Shown: positions 35,100 to 46,353 of the stretch, piece by piece
Layout: each line of letters begins with the position of its first letter
Position numbering within the stretch: the stretch's first letter is position 1
Assembly (NCBI RefSeq): GCF_002854065.1
Contig: NZ_CP024147.1
Origin: Escherichia coli
GTDB taxonomy: Bacteria > Pseudomonadota > Gammaproteobacteria > Enterobacterales > Enterobacteriaceae
DNA length: 64,000 bases
Strand: one strand, 5' to 3'
Program-made: the position numbers and the translations under genes
The notes under the pieces: model-generated
Database searches by the model: none
What the model was told of the DNA's origin: nothing
What the model saw: only the letters and a program-made list of their open reading frames with translations

Positions 35100-35805
35100 A
35101 CTTATTTGTGGCCATCGCTCCATTCGCCATTTCACTGATGAACCCATTTCCGAGGCGCAGCGTGAGGCGATTATTAACAGCGCCCGTGCGACGTCCAGTT
35201 CCAGTTTTTTGCAGTGTAGTAGCATTATTCGCATTACCGACAAAGCATTACGTGAAGAGCTGGTGACGCTGACCGGCGGGCAAAAACACGTAGCGCAAGC
35301 GGCGGAGTTCTGGGTGTTCTGTGCCGACTTTAACCGCCATTTACAGATCTGTCCGGATGCTCAGCTCGGCCTGGCGGAACAGCTGTTGCTCGGTGTCGTT
35401 GATACGGCAATGATGGCGCAGAATGCATTAACCGCAGCGGAATCGCTGGGATTGGGCGGCGTATATATCGGCGGCCTGCGCAATAATATTGAAGCGGTGA
35501 CGAAACTGCTGAAATTACCGCAGCATGTTCTGCCGCTGTTTGGGCTGTGCCTTGGCTGGCCTGCGGATAATCCGGATCTCAAGCCGCGTTTACCGGCCTC
35601 CATTTTGGTGCATGAAAACAGCTATCAACCGCTGGATAAAGACGCACTGGCGCAGTATGACGAGCAACTGGCGGAATATTACCTCACCCGTGGCAGCAAT
35701 AATCGCCGGGATACCTGGAGCGATCATATCCGCCGAACAATCATTAAAGAAAGCCGCCCATTTATTCTGGATTATTTGCACAAACAGGGTTGGGCGACGC
35801 GCTAA
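35083..35805 (+). CDS. nfsA: Oxygen-insensitive NADPH nitroreductase
   Basis: 240 aa; matches remembered NfsA N-terminus MTPTIELICGHRSIRHFTDEP. Confidence 0.9.
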   Translation: MTPTIELICGHRSIRHFTDEPISEAQREAIINSARATSSSSFLQCSSIIRITDKALREELVTLTGGQKHVAQAAEFWVFCADFNRHLQICPDAQLGLAEQLLLGVVDTAMMAQNALTAAESLGLGGVYIGGLRNNIEAVTKLLKLPQHVLPLFGLCLGWPADNPDLKPRLPASILVHENSYQPLDKDALAQYDEQLAEYYLTRGSNNRRDTWSDHIRRTIIKESRPFILDYLHKQGWATR

Positions 35806-35865
35806 AACCGCCACGTCGATGTATGATACGCGGGCTTTTGACCAGGTCTGACAGAGAGGTGCAGG

Positions 35866-36768
35866 GTGAAAATTGCCATATTGTCCCGGGATGGAACGCT
35901 CTATTCGTGTAAGCGGCTGCGTGAAGCCGCTATACAGCGCGGTCACCTGGTTGAAATTCTTGATCCGCTTTCTTGCTACATGAACATAAATCCTGCGGCG
36001 TCTTCTATTCACTACAAAGGCCGCAAGTTACCCCATTTTGACGCAGTGATCCCGCGTATTGGCACCGCCATTACCTTTTATGGGACGGCGGCACTGCGCC
36101 AGTTCGAGATGCTGGGGAGCTATCCGCTCAATGAGTCGGTCGCCATTGCCCGGGCGCGTGACAAATTGCGTTCCATGCAACTGCTGGCGCGTCAGGGCAT
36201 CGACCTGCCTGTCACGGGCATTGCGCATTCGCCGGATGATACCAGCGATTTAATCGACATGGTCGGTGGTGCGCCGCTGGTGGTCAAGTTGGTTGAAGGC
36301 ACGCAGGGAATTGGCGTCGTGCTGGCGGAGACGCGTCAGGCGGCGGAAAGCGTGATTGACGCTTTCCGCGGTCTGAACGCGCATATTCTGGTGCAGGAAT
36401 ATATCAAAGAGGCGCAAGGGTGCGATATCCGCTGTCTGGTTGTTGGCGATGAAGTGGTCGCTGCGATTGAACGGCGGGCGAAAGAGGGCGATTTTCGTTC
36501 CAATTTGCATCGTGGCGGCGCGGCAAGCGTCGCCAGTATCACACCACAGGAGCGTGAAATCGCGATAAAAGCCGCGCGAACGATGGCGCTGGACGTTGCT
36601 GGTGTGGATATTCTGCGTGCTAATCGCGGGCCGTTGGTGATGGAAGTGAATGCGTCGCCGGGGCTGGAAGGAATAGAAAAAACCACCGGTATCGACATCG
36701 CGGGTAAAATGATCCGCTGGATCGAACGCCACGCTACGACAGAATATTGCCTGAAAACGGGTGGTTAG
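35866..36768 (+). CDS. rimK: Ribosomal protein S6 glutamate ligase (ATP-grasp)
   Basis: 300 aa ATP-grasp protein. Confidence 0.9.
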   Translation: MKIAILSRDGTLYSCKRLREAAIQRGHLVEILDPLSCYMNINPAASSIHYKGRKLPHFDAVIPRIGTAITFYGTAALRQFEMLGSYPLNESVAIARARDKLRSMQLLARQGIDLPVTGIAHSPDDTSDLIDMVGGAPLVVKLVEGTQGIGVVLAETRQAAESVIDAFRGLNAHILVQEYIKEAQGCDIRCLVVGDEVVAAIERRAKEGDFRSNLHRGGAASVASITPQEREIAIKAARTMALDVAGVDILRANRGPLVMEVNASPGLEGIEKTTGIDIAGKMIRWIERHATTEYCLKTGG

Positions 36769-36855
36769 TCGCAATCACATTACTGATCATGGTTTTGCCT
36801 GCGCTTTTTGCGTAAGCTGTGCCGGTCTTTTTATCGAAAGAGGTTGTACAAAATT

Positions 36856-37332
36856 ATGACATCGCTGGTCGTTCCTGGTCTGGATACGCTGCGTCAATGG
36901 CTCGATGACCTGGGGATGAGTTTTTTTGAATGTGATAACTGTCAGGCTCTGCATCTGCCCCATATGCAGAATTTCGACGGTGTCTTTGATGCCAAAATCG
37001 ATTTGATCGATAACACGATCCTGTTTTCTGCCATGGCGGAAGTCCGACCTTCAGCCGTATTGCCGCTGGCGGCGGATTTATCTGCCATCAATGCCAGTTC
37101 GCTGACCGTGAAAGCATTTCTTGATATGCAGGATGATAATCTGCCAAAACTGGTGGTTTGCCAGTCTTTATCCGTTATGCAGGGCGTAACCTATGAGCAG
37201 TTTGCATGGTTCGTGCGTCAGAGCGAAGAGCAGATTTCGATGGTCATTCTTGAAGCTAATGCCCATCAACTGCTGTTACCGACTGACGATGAAGGGCAAA
37301 ACAACGTTACCGAAAACTATTTCCTCCACTGA
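36856..37332 (+). CDS. ybjN: YbjN (putative sensory transduction regulator)
   Basis: Start at MTSLVVPGLD; 158 aa. Confidence 0.8.
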   Translation: MTSLVVPGLDTLRQWLDDLGMSFFECDNCQALHLPHMQNFDGVFDAKIDLIDNTILFSAMAEVRPSAVLPLAADLSAINASSLTVKAFLDMQDDNLPKLVVCQSLSVMQGVTYEQFAWFVRQSEEQISMVILEANAHQLLLPTDDEGQNNVTENYFLH

Positions 37333-37682
37333 TAACTCCTTTCGAGCACGCAGTCGCTGCCGCAGTGACTGCGCGCTGCAATATTATCTGCTGTTTTTAA
37401 CCTTTTCTTAAAGATTATTTCACTTCTCTTGTGTCGATTTGGCTTTATCACATAGAGCAAATACGCATAAAAATTTGTTAAATACCGTTTTTTAATCCGA
37501 GCTATAGTCTCAAACCCTGGCTAAAGTTATTCTTGCGATGCTTTTATATAGCGAGCAGTGCTGGCCGGGAGAGAGTTCTCTTTTCTTACACCGCGCCGAT
37601 AAAAAATATGCACGTTTATTGCATATCTTTCAGTGTGACAACTTTTGTTCGTTTGTTAACGAACTTTCAGAAGGAAAGAGAT

Positions 37683-38795
37683 ATGACCGCCTTAAATAAA
37701 AAATGGCTTTCGGGTCTGGTTGCGGGTGCTCTGATGGCCGTCTCTGTCGGCACGCTCGCGGCTGAACAAAAAACACTCCACATTTATAACTGGTCTGATT
37801 ATATCGCCCCCGACACGGTGGCTAACTTTGAAAAAGAAACCGGTATTAAAGTCGTCTACGATGTTTTCGACTCTAACGAAGTACTGGAAGGCAAATTAAT
37901 GGCCGGGAGCACCGGCTTTGACCTGGTGGTGCCGTCAGCAAGCTTTCTTGAACGCCAGCTGACAGCGGGAGTTTTCCAGCCGCTGGATAAAAGCAAATTG
38001 CCGGAGTGGAAGAATCTCGACCCGGAACTGCTGAAGTTGGTCGCCAAACACGATCCCGACAATAAATTTGCTATGCCCTATATGTGGGCGACGACCGGGA
38101 TTGGCTATAACGTCGATAAAGTCAAAGCGGTGCTGGGCGAAAACGCGCCCGTCGATAGCTGGGACTTGATCCTCAAGCCTGAAAATCTGGAAAAACTGAA
38201 AAGCTGCGGTGTATCTTTCCTCGATGCGCCAGAAGAAGTTTTTGCTACCGTGCTGAATTATCTCGGCAAAGATCCCAACAGCACTAAAGCGGATGATTAC
38301 ACCGGACCGGCTACCGATCTGCTGTTAAAGCTGCGCCCGAACATTCGTTATTTCCATTCATCTCAATACATTAACGACCTGGCAAACGGCGATATTTGCG
38401 TCGCTATCGGCTGGGCAGGTGATGTCTGGCAGGCGTCAAACCGCGCGAAGGAAGCGAAGAATGGCGTGAATGTCTCGTTCTCGATTCCAAAAGAAGGGGC
38501 GATGGCGTTCTTTGATGTATTCGCCATGCCTGCGGATGCCAAAAATAAAGACGAAGCCTATCAGTTCCTGAATTACCTGCTGCGTCCTGATGTGGTGGCA
38601 CATATCTCTGACCATGTGTTCTATGCTAACGCCAATAAAGCAGCCACGCCGCTGGTGAGTGCGGAAGTCCGTGATAACCCGGGTATTTATCCGCCTGCGG
38701 ATGTCCGCGCGAAGTTGTTCACTCTGAAAGTACAGGATCCGAAAATCGACCGTGTGCGCACCCGCGCGTGGACCAAAGTGAAGAGCGGAAAATAA
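37683..38795 (+). CDS. potF: Putrescine-binding periplasmic protein
   Basis: Start at MTALNKKWLSGL with signal peptide; 370 aa. Confidence 0.9.
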   Translation: MTALNKKWLSGLVAGALMAVSVGTLAAEQKTLHIYNWSDYIAPDTVANFEKETGIKVVYDVFDSNEVLEGKLMAGSTGFDLVVPSASFLERQLTAGVFQPLDKSKLPEWKNLDPELLKLVAKHDPDNKFAMPYMWATTGIGYNVDKVKAVLGENAPVDSWDLILKPENLEKLKSCGVSFLDAPEEVFATVLNYLGKDPNSTKADDYTGPATDLLLKLRPNIRYFHSSQYINDLANGDICVAIGWAGDVWQASNRAKEAKNGVNVSFSIPKEGAMAFFDVFAMPADAKNKDEAYQFLNYLLRPDVVAHISDHVFYANANKAATPLVSAEVRDNPGIYPPADVRAKLFTLKVQDPKIDRVRTRAWTKVKSGK

Positions 38796-38889
38796 TCCGC
38801 AGCCTTAGATGCCGGGCGGGCGCACCACACCCGCCGGCAATTCGCACCATCATGGTGCGCTTGCACACATTCAATGCCGGAGAGCAGCC

Positions 38890-40023
38890 GTGAATGACGC
38901 TATCCCTCGCCCGCAGGCGAAAAACCGTAAGGCGCTGACGCCGCTATTAGAAATCCGCAACCTCACCAAATCCTACGATGGTCAACATGCGGTGGATGAT
39001 GTCAGCCTGACCATCTACAAAGGTGAAATCTTCGCGCTGCTGGGCGCATCCGGCTGTGGCAAGTCCACGCTGCTGCGTATGCTGGCAGGTTTCGAACAAC
39101 CTTCTGCCGGACAGATAATGCTTGATGGCGTCGATTTGTCACAGGTTCCGCCTTACCTGCGCCCCATCAATATGATGTTTCAGTCTTACGCGCTGTTTCC
39201 GCATATGACCGTGGAACAGAACATCGCTTTTGGCCTGAAACAGGACAAACTACCGAAAGCGGAAATTGCCAGCCGGGTCAATGAGATGCTCGGCCTTGTG
39301 CATATGCAGGAGTTCGCCAAACGCAAACCGCATCAGCTTTCCGGTGGTCAGCGACAGCGTGTGGCCCTGGCCCGAAGCCTTGCCAAACGCCCGAAACTAT
39401 TACTGCTCGATGAGCCGATGGGCGCGCTGGATAAAAAGCTGCGTGACCGGATGCAGCTTGAAGTGGTGGATATTCTGGAGCGCGTCGGTGTGACCTGCGT
39501 GATGGTTACTCACGATCAGGAAGAGGCGATGACCATGGCGGGGCGTATCGCCATTATGAATCGTGGGAAATTTGTCCAGATTGGCGAACCGGAAGAGATC
39601 TACGAGCATCCGACTACCCGCTATAGCGCCGAATTTATTGGCTCGGTTAATGTCTTTGAAGGTGTACTCAAAGAGCGTCAGGAAGATGGTCTGGTGCTTT
39701 ATTCGCCGGGGCTGATGCATCCACTGAAAGTCGATGCGGATGCTTCAGTGGTCGATAACGTGCCGGTACACGTAGCGCTGCGCCCGGAAAAAATCATGCT
39801 TTGCGAAGAGCCGCCCGCCAATGGTTGTAACTTCGCGGTGGGGGAGGTGATACACATTGCCTATCTCGGCGATCTTTCGGTGTATCACGTTCGTCTGAAA
39901 AGTGGGCAGATGATTAGCGCCCAGCTACAAAACGCCCATCGTCATCGTAAAGGGTTACCGACCTGGGGCGACGAAGTGCGTTTGTGCTGGGAAGTGGACA
40001 GCTGTGTGGTGCTGACGGTTTAA
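38890..40023 (+). CDS. potG: Putrescine ABC transporter ATPase
   Basis: GTG start (VNDAIPRPQ); Walker A GASGCGKST and LSGGQRQR. Confidence 0.85.
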   Translation: MNDAIPRPQAKNRKALTPLLEIRNLTKSYDGQHAVDDVSLTIYKGEIFALLGASGCGKSTLLRMLAGFEQPSAGQIMLDGVDLSQVPPYLRPINMMFQSYALFPHMTVEQNIAFGLKQDKLPKAEIASRVNEMLGLVHMQEFAKRKPHQLSGGQRQRVALARSLAKRPKLLLLDEPMGALDKKLRDRMQLEVVDILERVGVTCVMVTHDQEEAMTMAGRIAIMNRGKFVQIGEPEEIYEHPTTRYSAEFIGSVNVFEGVLKERQEDGLVLYSPGLMHPLKVDADASVVDNVPVHVALRPEKIMLCEEPPANGCNFAVGEVIHIAYLGDLSVYHVRLKSGQMISAQLQNAHRHRKGLPTWGDEVRLCWEVDSCVVLTV

Positions 40024-40032
40024 GGAGCAAAG

Positions 40033-40986
40033 ATGAGTACACTTGAACCTGCTGCCCAGTCGAAACCGCCGGGCGGATTTAAGCTGTGGTTGTCGCAGCT
40101 GCAAATGAAGCATGGGCGCAAACTGGTCATTGCGTTGCCGTATATCTGGTTGATCTTGCTGTTTCTGCTGCCATTTCTGATTGTCTTTAAAATAAGCCTG
40201 GCGGAGATGGCGCGCGCTATTCCACCTTATACCGAACTGATGGAGTGGGCTGACGGGCAACTGTCCATCACCCTTAATTTCGGTAATTTCCTGCAACTGA
40301 CCGACGATCCGCTCTATTTCGATGCTTATCTCCAGTCGTTACAGGTGGCGGCGATTTCGACATTTTGCTGTTTACTGATCGGCTATCCGCTGGCGTGGGC
40401 GGTGGCGCACAGTAAGCCTTCGACCCGTAATATCTTATTACTACTGGTGATCCTGCCGTCGTGGACCTCGTTTCTGATTCGTGTCTACGCCTGGATGGGA
40501 ATATTAAAAAACAACGGTGTGCTGAATAATTTTCTGCAGTGGCTGGGGGTTATCGATCAACCGCTGACCATTCTGCATACCAATCTGGCAGTTTATATTG
40601 GCATTGTTTACGCCTACGTGCCGTTTATGGTGCTGCCGATTTATACCGCGTTGATTCGTATTGATTATTCGCTGGTGGAAGCAGCGCTGGATCTCGGTGC
40701 ACGACCGCTGAAAACGTTCTTTACTGTGATCGTGCCGCTGACTAAAGGTGGGATTATTGCCGGATCGATGCTGGTGTTTATCCCGGCTGTGGGCGAGTTT
40801 GTGATCCCGGAACTGCTCGGTGGCCCGGACAGCATCATGATCGGGCGCGTGCTATGGCAAGAGTTTTTCAATAACCGCGACTGGCCGGTGGCCTCGGCGG
40901 TAGCGATCATCATGTTGCTGCTGCTAATTGTGCCGATAATGTGGTTCCACAAACACCAGCAAAAAAGCGTGGGAGAACACGGATGA
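40033..40986 (+). CDS. potH: Putrescine ABC transporter permease
   Basis: 317 aa permease. Confidence 0.9.
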   Translation: MSTLEPAAQSKPPGGFKLWLSQLQMKHGRKLVIALPYIWLILLFLLPFLIVFKISLAEMARAIPPYTELMEWADGQLSITLNFGNFLQLTDDPLYFDAYLQSLQVAAISTFCCLLIGYPLAWAVAHSKPSTRNILLLLVILPSWTSFLIRVYAWMGILKNNGVLNNFLQWLGVIDQPLTILHTNLAVYIGIVYAYVPFMVLPIYTALIRIDYSLVEAALDLGARPLKTFFTVIVPLTKGGIIAGSMLVFIPAVGEFVIPELLGGPDSIMIGRVLWQEFFNNRDWPVASAVAIIMLLLLIVPIMWFHKHQQKSVGEHG

Positions 40987-41828
40987 ATAATTTACCGGTA
41001 GTTCGTTCGCCCTGGCGGATTGTGATTTTGCTGCTGGGCTTTACCTTTCTCTACGCGCCAATGCTGATGCTGGTTATCTATTCGTTTAACAGCTCGAAGC
41101 TGGTGACGGTGTGGGCCGGCTGGTCAACGCGCTGGTATGGCGAATTATTGCGCGATGACGCGATGATGAGTGCGGTTGGTTTAAGTCTGACAATTGCGGC
41201 CTGTGCGGCGACGGCGGCGGCGATCCTCGGAACTATTGCGGCGGTGGTGCTGGTGCGCTTTGGCAGGTTTCGCGGATCAAATGGCTTTGCCTTTATGATC
41301 ACCGCGCCGCTGGTAATGCCAGATGTCATCACGGGCTTGTCGCTGTTGTTATTATTCGTCGCGCTTGCTCATGCCATTGGCTGGCCTGCGGACCGCGGTA
41401 TGCTTACCATCTGGCTGGCGCATGTCACTTTCTGTACGGCTTATGTGGCAGTCGTTATTTCGTCGCGTCTGCGGGAACTGGATCGCTCGATAGAAGAAGC
41501 AGCGATGGATCTCGGTGCGACGCCGCTGAAAGTGTTTTTCGTCATTACGCTACCGATGATCATGCCCGCGATCATTTCTGGCTGGTTACTGGCTTTTACT
41601 TTGTCGCTTGATGATCTGGTGATCGCCAGCTTTGTTTCCGGGCCGGGAGCCACCACGTTACCGATGCTGGTCTTTTCCAGCGTGCGGATGGGGGTGAATC
41701 CGGAAATCAACGCCCTGGCAACATTGATCCTTGGTGCGGTCGGAATTGTCGGATTTATCGCCTGGTATCTGATGGCTCGCGCAGAAAAACAGCGGATACG
41801 CGACATCCAGCGTGCAAGACGTGGCTGA
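40983..41828 (+). CDS. potI: Putrescine ABC transporter permease
   Basis: Start at MNNLPVVRSPW overlapping potH stop; 281 aa. Confidence 0.9.
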   Translation: MNNLPVVRSPWRIVILLLGFTFLYAPMLMLVIYSFNSSKLVTVWAGWSTRWYGELLRDDAMMSAVGLSLTIAACAATAAAILGTIAAVVLVRFGRFRGSNGFAFMITAPLVMPDVITGLSLLLLFVALAHAIGWPADRGMLTIWLAHVTFCTAYVAVVISSRLRELDRSIEEAAMDLGATPLKVFFVITLPMIMPAIISGWLLAFTLSLDDLVIASFVSGPGATTLPMLVFSSVRMGVNPEINALATLILGAVGIVGFIAWYLMARAEKQRIRDIQRARRG

Positions 41829-41887
41829 AGACACTAAAATTTGCCAACCTGGCTACATAATGCCGCGTATGTCGCGGCATTGTTTTC

Positions 41888-42376
41888 ATGGAAGACGAAA
41901 CGTTGGGATTTTTTAAGAAAACATCTTCATCTCATGCTCGCCTGAATGTGCCTGCGCTGGTGCAGGTGGCGGCGCTCGCCATTATTATGATCCGTGGCCT
42001 CGACGTGCTGATGATTTTCAATACGCTGGGCGTGCGCGGTATTGGCGAGTTCATTCATCGCAGCGTACAAACCTGGAGTTTAACGCTGGTCTTTTTAAGC
42101 AGTCTGGTGCTGGTTTTCATTGAGATCTGGTGTGCGTTTTCACTGGTGAAAGGGCGTCGCTGGGCGCGCTGGCTATATCTGCTGACACAAATCACCGCCG
42201 CAAGTTACTTGTGGGCGGCTTCGCTGGGGTACGGTTATCCGGAGCTGTTCAGCATTCCCGGTGAATCAAAACGTGAAATCTTCCATAGCCTGATGCTGCA
42301 GAAGCTGCCGGATATGCTCATCCTGATGCTGCTGTTCGTTCCCTCGACCAGTCGGCGGTTCTTCCAGTTGCAATAA
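41888..42376 (+). CDS. ybjO: Inner membrane protein YbjO
   Basis: 162 aa hydrophobic ORF. Confidence 0.7.
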   Translation: MEDETLGFFKKTSSSHARLNVPALVQVAALAIIMIRGLDVLMIFNTLGVRGIGEFIHRSVQTWSLTLVFLSSLVLVFIEIWCAFSLVKGRRWARWLYLLTQITAASYLWAASLGYGYPELFSIPGESKREIFHSLMLQKLPDMLILMLLFVPSTSRRFFQLQ

Positions 42377-42416
42377 TGTGTATAATCGTCGCCCCTGATG
42401 ATGTGAAGGTCAATGT

Positions 42417-43544
42417 ATGCAGTGCGCACTTTACGACGCGGGTCGCTGTCGTTCCTGTCAGTGGATAACGCAGCCGATTCCAGAGCAACTCTCCGCTAAA
42501 ACCGCCGATCTTAAAAATCTGCTCGCCGATTTTCCGGTTGAGGAATGGTGCGCGCCGGTGTCAGGCCCAGAACAAGGGTTTCGTAATAAAGCCAAAATGG
42601 TGGTGAGTGGTAGCGTTGAAAAACCCCTGCTCGGTATGCTGCATCGCGACGGCACACCGGAAGACCTTTGTGACTGCCCGCTTTATCCTGCCTCATTTGC
42701 GCCCGTTTTTGCGGCGCTAAAACCGTTTATCGCCCGAGCGGGGTTAACGCCCTACAACGTGGCGCGTAAGCGTGGCGAACTGAAATACATTCTGCTGACC
42801 GAAAGCCAGAGCGATGGCGGCATGATGCTGCGCTTTGTACTGCGTTCTGATACCAAGCTGGCGCAACTGCGTAAGGCGCTGCCGTGGTTACACGAACAAC
42901 TACCGCAGCTGAAAGTTATTACCGTCAATATTCAGCCGGTACATATGGCGATTATGGAAGGGGAGACGGAGATCTACCTGACCGAACAACAGGCGCTGGC
43001 AGAGCGTTTTAACGATGTGCCGCTGTGGATCCGTCCGCAAAGTTTCTTCCAGACTAATCCGGCGGTCGCCAGCCAGCTGTACGCTACCGCGCGCGACTGG
43101 GTACGACAGCTGCCGGTTAAACATATGTGGGATCTGTTCTGCGGTGTGGGGGGCTTTGGTTTACACTGCGCGACGCCTGACATGCAGTTAACCGGGATCG
43201 AAATTGCGCCAGAGGCCATTGCCTGTGCAAAGCAGTCAGCTGCTGAACTGGGCTTAACGCGTTTGCAATTTCAGGCGCTGGACTCCACTCAGTTTGCCAC
43301 CGCTCAGGGGGAGGTGCCGGAGCTGGTGCTGGTTAACCCGCCGCGCCGCGGCATTGGTAAACCGCTGTGTGATTATCTCTCAACGATGGCACCGCGTTTT
43401 ATCATCTACTCCAGCTGTAACGCCCAAACTATGGCGAAAGATATCCGAGAACTGCCTGGTTATCGCATTGAACGGGTGCAGCTTTTCGATATGTTCCCTC
43501 ACACCGCGCATTATGAAGTGTTGACGCTGCTGGTAAAAATGTAA
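42417..43544 (+). CDS. rlmC: 23S rRNA (uracil747-C5)-methyltransferase
   Basis: 375 aa; N-terminal Cys cluster and SAM-MTase domain. Confidence 0.9.
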   Translation: MQCALYDAGRCRSCQWITQPIPEQLSAKTADLKNLLADFPVEEWCAPVSGPEQGFRNKAKMVVSGSVEKPLLGMLHRDGTPEDLCDCPLYPASFAPVFAALKPFIARAGLTPYNVARKRGELKYILLTESQSDGGMMLRFVLRSDTKLAQLRKALPWLHEQLPQLKVITVNIQPVHMAIMEGETEIYLTEQQALAERFNDVPLWIRPQSFFQTNPAVASQLYATARDWVRQLPVKHMWDLFCGVGGFGLHCATPDMQLTGIEIAPEAIACAKQSAAELGLTRLQFQALDSTQFATAQGEVPELVLVNPPRRGIGKPLCDYLSTMAPRFIIYSSCNAQTMAKDIRELPGYRIERVQLFDMFPHTAHYEVLTLLVKM

Positions 43545-43597
43545 ATACATCATTCAAATCAATATCACCTCGGCATACATCCATCCAAAATAATAAT

Positions 43598-43634
43598 CGT
43601 GATCGATCGATTAATAATAACCGATCGATCACGG
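43598..43634. promoter_or_regulatory. 12-bp-arm perfect palindrome containing four GATC sites (terminator and/or operator)
   Basis: cgtgatcgatcg-attaataataac-cgatcgatcacg downstream of rlmC, upstream of PTS operon. Confidence 0.4.
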
Positions 43635-44104
43635 TTATATATTGCTCTATTTTTGCAAATCAAATCACAAATAATCAAATAAGATCTTTAATTGAACTGT
43701 TTTGATTACTACAGTGCACTTACCGAATACATACAGAGGCATTGCTTAGCGAAACACAAAATTTCCTGAGACATTATTAACGTCAGCAGAAGGTTCATGC
43801 ATTGACAACGGAAATGTACGCTTATGGAGGGCGTTCCGACGATGTTTGCCAAATTCATAGATGTTATTCAAACGTTTTTAACTGAACCGGCAATTTTAAT
43901 TGGTTTGCTGGTGGGTATTGGTTATGCCCTTGATAAGAAATCGCCAATAAAAATTATTACCGGCATGGTCAGCGCCATGGTGGGATTAATGATGGTGTTA
44001 TTTGGTGGTTTCCAGTTTTCCGCAACATTTAAACCGGTAGCAGAAGCCGGGTGATGCTGCCAACTTACTGATTTAGTGTATGATGGTGTTTTTGAGGTGC
44101 TCCA

Positions 44105-44380
44105 GTGGCTTCTGTTTCTATCAGCTGTCCCTCCTGTTCAGCTACTGACGGGGTGGTGCGTAACGGCAAAAGCACTGCCGGACATCAGCGCTATCTCTGC
44201 TCTCACTGCCGTAAAACATGGCAACTGCAGTTCACTTACACCGCTTCTCAACCCGGTACGCACCAGAAAATCATTGATATGGCCATGAATGGCGTTGGAT
44301 GCCGGGCAACCGCCCGCATTATGGGCGTTGGCCTCAACACGATTTTCCGCCATTTAAAAAACTCAGGCCGCAGTCGGTAA
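44105..44380 (+). CDS. insA: IS1 InsA
   Basis: 91 aa with CxxC zinc finger; part of IS1. Confidence 0.9.
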   Translation: MASVSISCPSCSATDGVVRNGKSTAGHQRYLCSHCRKTWQLQFTYTASQPGTHQKIIDMAMNGVGCRATARIMGVGLNTIFRHLKNSGRSR

Positions 44381-44802
44381 CCTCGCGCATACAGCCGGGC
44401 AGTGACGTCATCGTCTGCGCGGAAATGGACGAACAGTGGGGATACGTCGGGGCTAAATCGCGCCAGCGCTGGCTGTTTTACGCGTATGACAGGCTCCGGA
44501 AGACGGTTGTTGCGCACGTATTCGGTGAACGCACTATGGCGACGCTGGGGCGTCTTATGAGCCTGCTGTCACCCTTTGACGTGGTGATATGGATGACGGA
44601 TGGCTGGCCGCTGTATGAATCCCGCCTGAAGGGAAAGCTGCACGTAATCAGCAAGCGATATACGCAGCGAATTGAGCGGCATAACCTGAATCTGAGGCAG
44701 CACCTGGCACGGCTGGGACGGAAGTCGCTGTCGTTCTCAAAATCGGTGGAGCTGCATGACAAAGTCATCGGGCATTATCTGAACATAAAACACTATCAAT
44801 AA
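44299..44802 (+). CDS. insB: IS1 InsB (transposase catalytic portion, expressed as InsAB by -1 frameshift)
   Basis: 167 aa ORF; A6C slippery motif TTAAAAAAC at 44354-44362. Confidence 0.9.
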   Translation: MPGNRPHYGRWPQHDFPPFKKLRPQSVTSRIQPGSDVIVCAEMDEQWGYVGAKSRQRWLFYAYDRLRKTVVAHVFGERTMATLGRLMSLLSPFDVVIWMTDGWPLYESRLKGKLHVISKRYTQRIERHNLNLRQHLARLGRKSLSFSKSVELHDKVIGHYLNIKHYQ

Positions 44803-45965
44803 GTTGGAGTCATTACCCAGAAGCCGTAAGTAAAGCCTATGGTGTTCACGGATATTTAATGGATTCCTACGCAATGAAAGCGGCAACGCAAATTGCATTG
44901 GGGGATAATTTTGGTTATGTCGGGTATGTATTTGTACTGGCGTTTTTTACCAACCTGCTGCTGGTATTATTTGGTCGGTATACTGGTGCCAAAGGGATAT
45001 TTTTGACAGGGAATACCGGTGTTTCACATTCTCAGGCGGTATTATGGTTGATTGTCTTTTGGCTGGGTTTTAGCTGGACTACATCCATTATTATTGCCGG
45101 AATATTAACGGGTGTATTCTGGGCGTTCTTCACCACGCTCATTGTTAAGCCCATTGCCAAAGTTACCAAAGATGCCGGTTTTACCATTGCTCATAACCAG
45201 ATGTTGGGATTGTGGTTTTTCTCCAAATTCGCCCATAAATTTGGTGACCCTGAAAAGCACGATGCTGAAAACCTGAAACTTCCCGGGTGGCTGGCGATTT
45301 TTAACCATAACGTAACGGCTATCGCCATTGTGATGACGCTGTTTGTCGGTGGTTTCTTGCTATCAACGGGTATCGATAATGTCCAGTTAATGGCGAAAGG
45401 CAAGCCCTGGTACATCTATATCATCAACCTTGGCTTACAGTTCTCCATGTATATGGTCATTCTGCTGCAGGGTGTGCGCATGATGGTGGGCGAAATTAAC
45501 GGTTCGTTTAAAGGCTGGCAAGATCGCTTTATTCCTAACGCTATTCCTGCTGTCGATGTTGCAGCGCTGTTACCTTTTTCACCCAATGCCACAACGTTAG
45601 GCTTCGTCTTCTGTACTTTTGGCACCATTTTTTCGATGGGGATCTTATTACTGGTTCACAGCCCAATTATGGTATTGCCTGGCTTTGTACCTCTGTTTTT
45701 CTCTGGCGGTCCAATTGGCGTATTAGCAAACCGCATGGGCGGATACCGTTCCGTAATTATCTGTACGTTCTTGCTGGGTATTATTCAGACCTTTGGTACG
45801 GTGTGGGCTATTCCGTTAACCGGGCTTGCTGAAAATGGCGTCGGCTGGACAGGAATATTTGACTGGGCAACCGTATGGCCTGCTATTTGTGAAGTTCTGA
45901 AATTTATCGCTGCAACATTCCATCTTGGTCCTTACGCGGGTTAATTAAATATTAAGGGTTTAAAA

Positions 45966-46286
45966 ATGAAAGATACAATTAATATTCTGTTTGTCTGTGG
46001 TTACGGTGTAGGCAGTAGCGTTATGTTACAAACGGTCGTTAAAAAAGCGCTGACCAAATATGATTTCAAAGTTGAAATGGAACATACCGCCGCAGGTGAA
46101 GTCGGCGGATTTACCGACTGGGCGGATATTTTTGCTATTTCCAAAAAATTACTCGATGTGGTTAGTCTTGACCCGAAACAAGGGCAATATCTGATCCCGA
46201 TAGAGAATATTATGGACGGTGAAACTATTGGTCAGCAAATTTATGAAGTGGTTCAGCAACATTATCCGCATTTAATTAATCAATAA
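45966..46286 (+). CDS. PTS EIIB, ascorbate (UlaB/SgaB) family
   Basis: 106 aa; N-terminal ILFVCGYGVGSS phospho-cysteine loop. Confidence 0.75.
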   Translation: MKDTINILFVCGYGVGSSVMLQTVVKKALTKYDFKVEMEHTAAGEVGGFTDWADIFAISKKLLDVVSLDPKQGQYLIPIENIMDGETIGQQIYEVVQQHYPHLINQ

Positions 46287-46353
46287 GGTAGGGCGTAATG
46301 AGAGCGATTATTCTGCTGTTCGATAGTCTGAATAAACGGGTAATGACTCCAAC

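Larger units (their letters stand above)
44050..44817 (+). mobile_element. IS1 (768 bp), copy 1
   Basis: Terminal inverted repeats GGTGATGCTGCCAACTTACTG ... GGTAATGACTCCAACTTAT; flanked by perfect 9-bp direct repeat CAGAAGCCG (44041-44049 and 44818-44826). Confidence 0.95.
43842..45944 (+). pseudogene. PTS EIIC, ascorbate (UlaA/SgaT) family, interrupted by IS1
   Basis: N-terminal part 43842-44049 and C-terminal part 44818-45944 are in the same frame once IS1 plus one TSD copy is removed; conserved FKPV, LKLPGWL, QGVRM, PGFxPxFFS blocks align with UlaA. Confidence 0.75.

Noticed and set aside
44138-44768. Antisense ORFs inside IS1 (44138-44353, 44248-44517, 44478-44768 and equivalents in copies 2 and 3)
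   Set aside because: Shadow ORFs opposite insA/insB that recur in every IS1 copy; not independent genes
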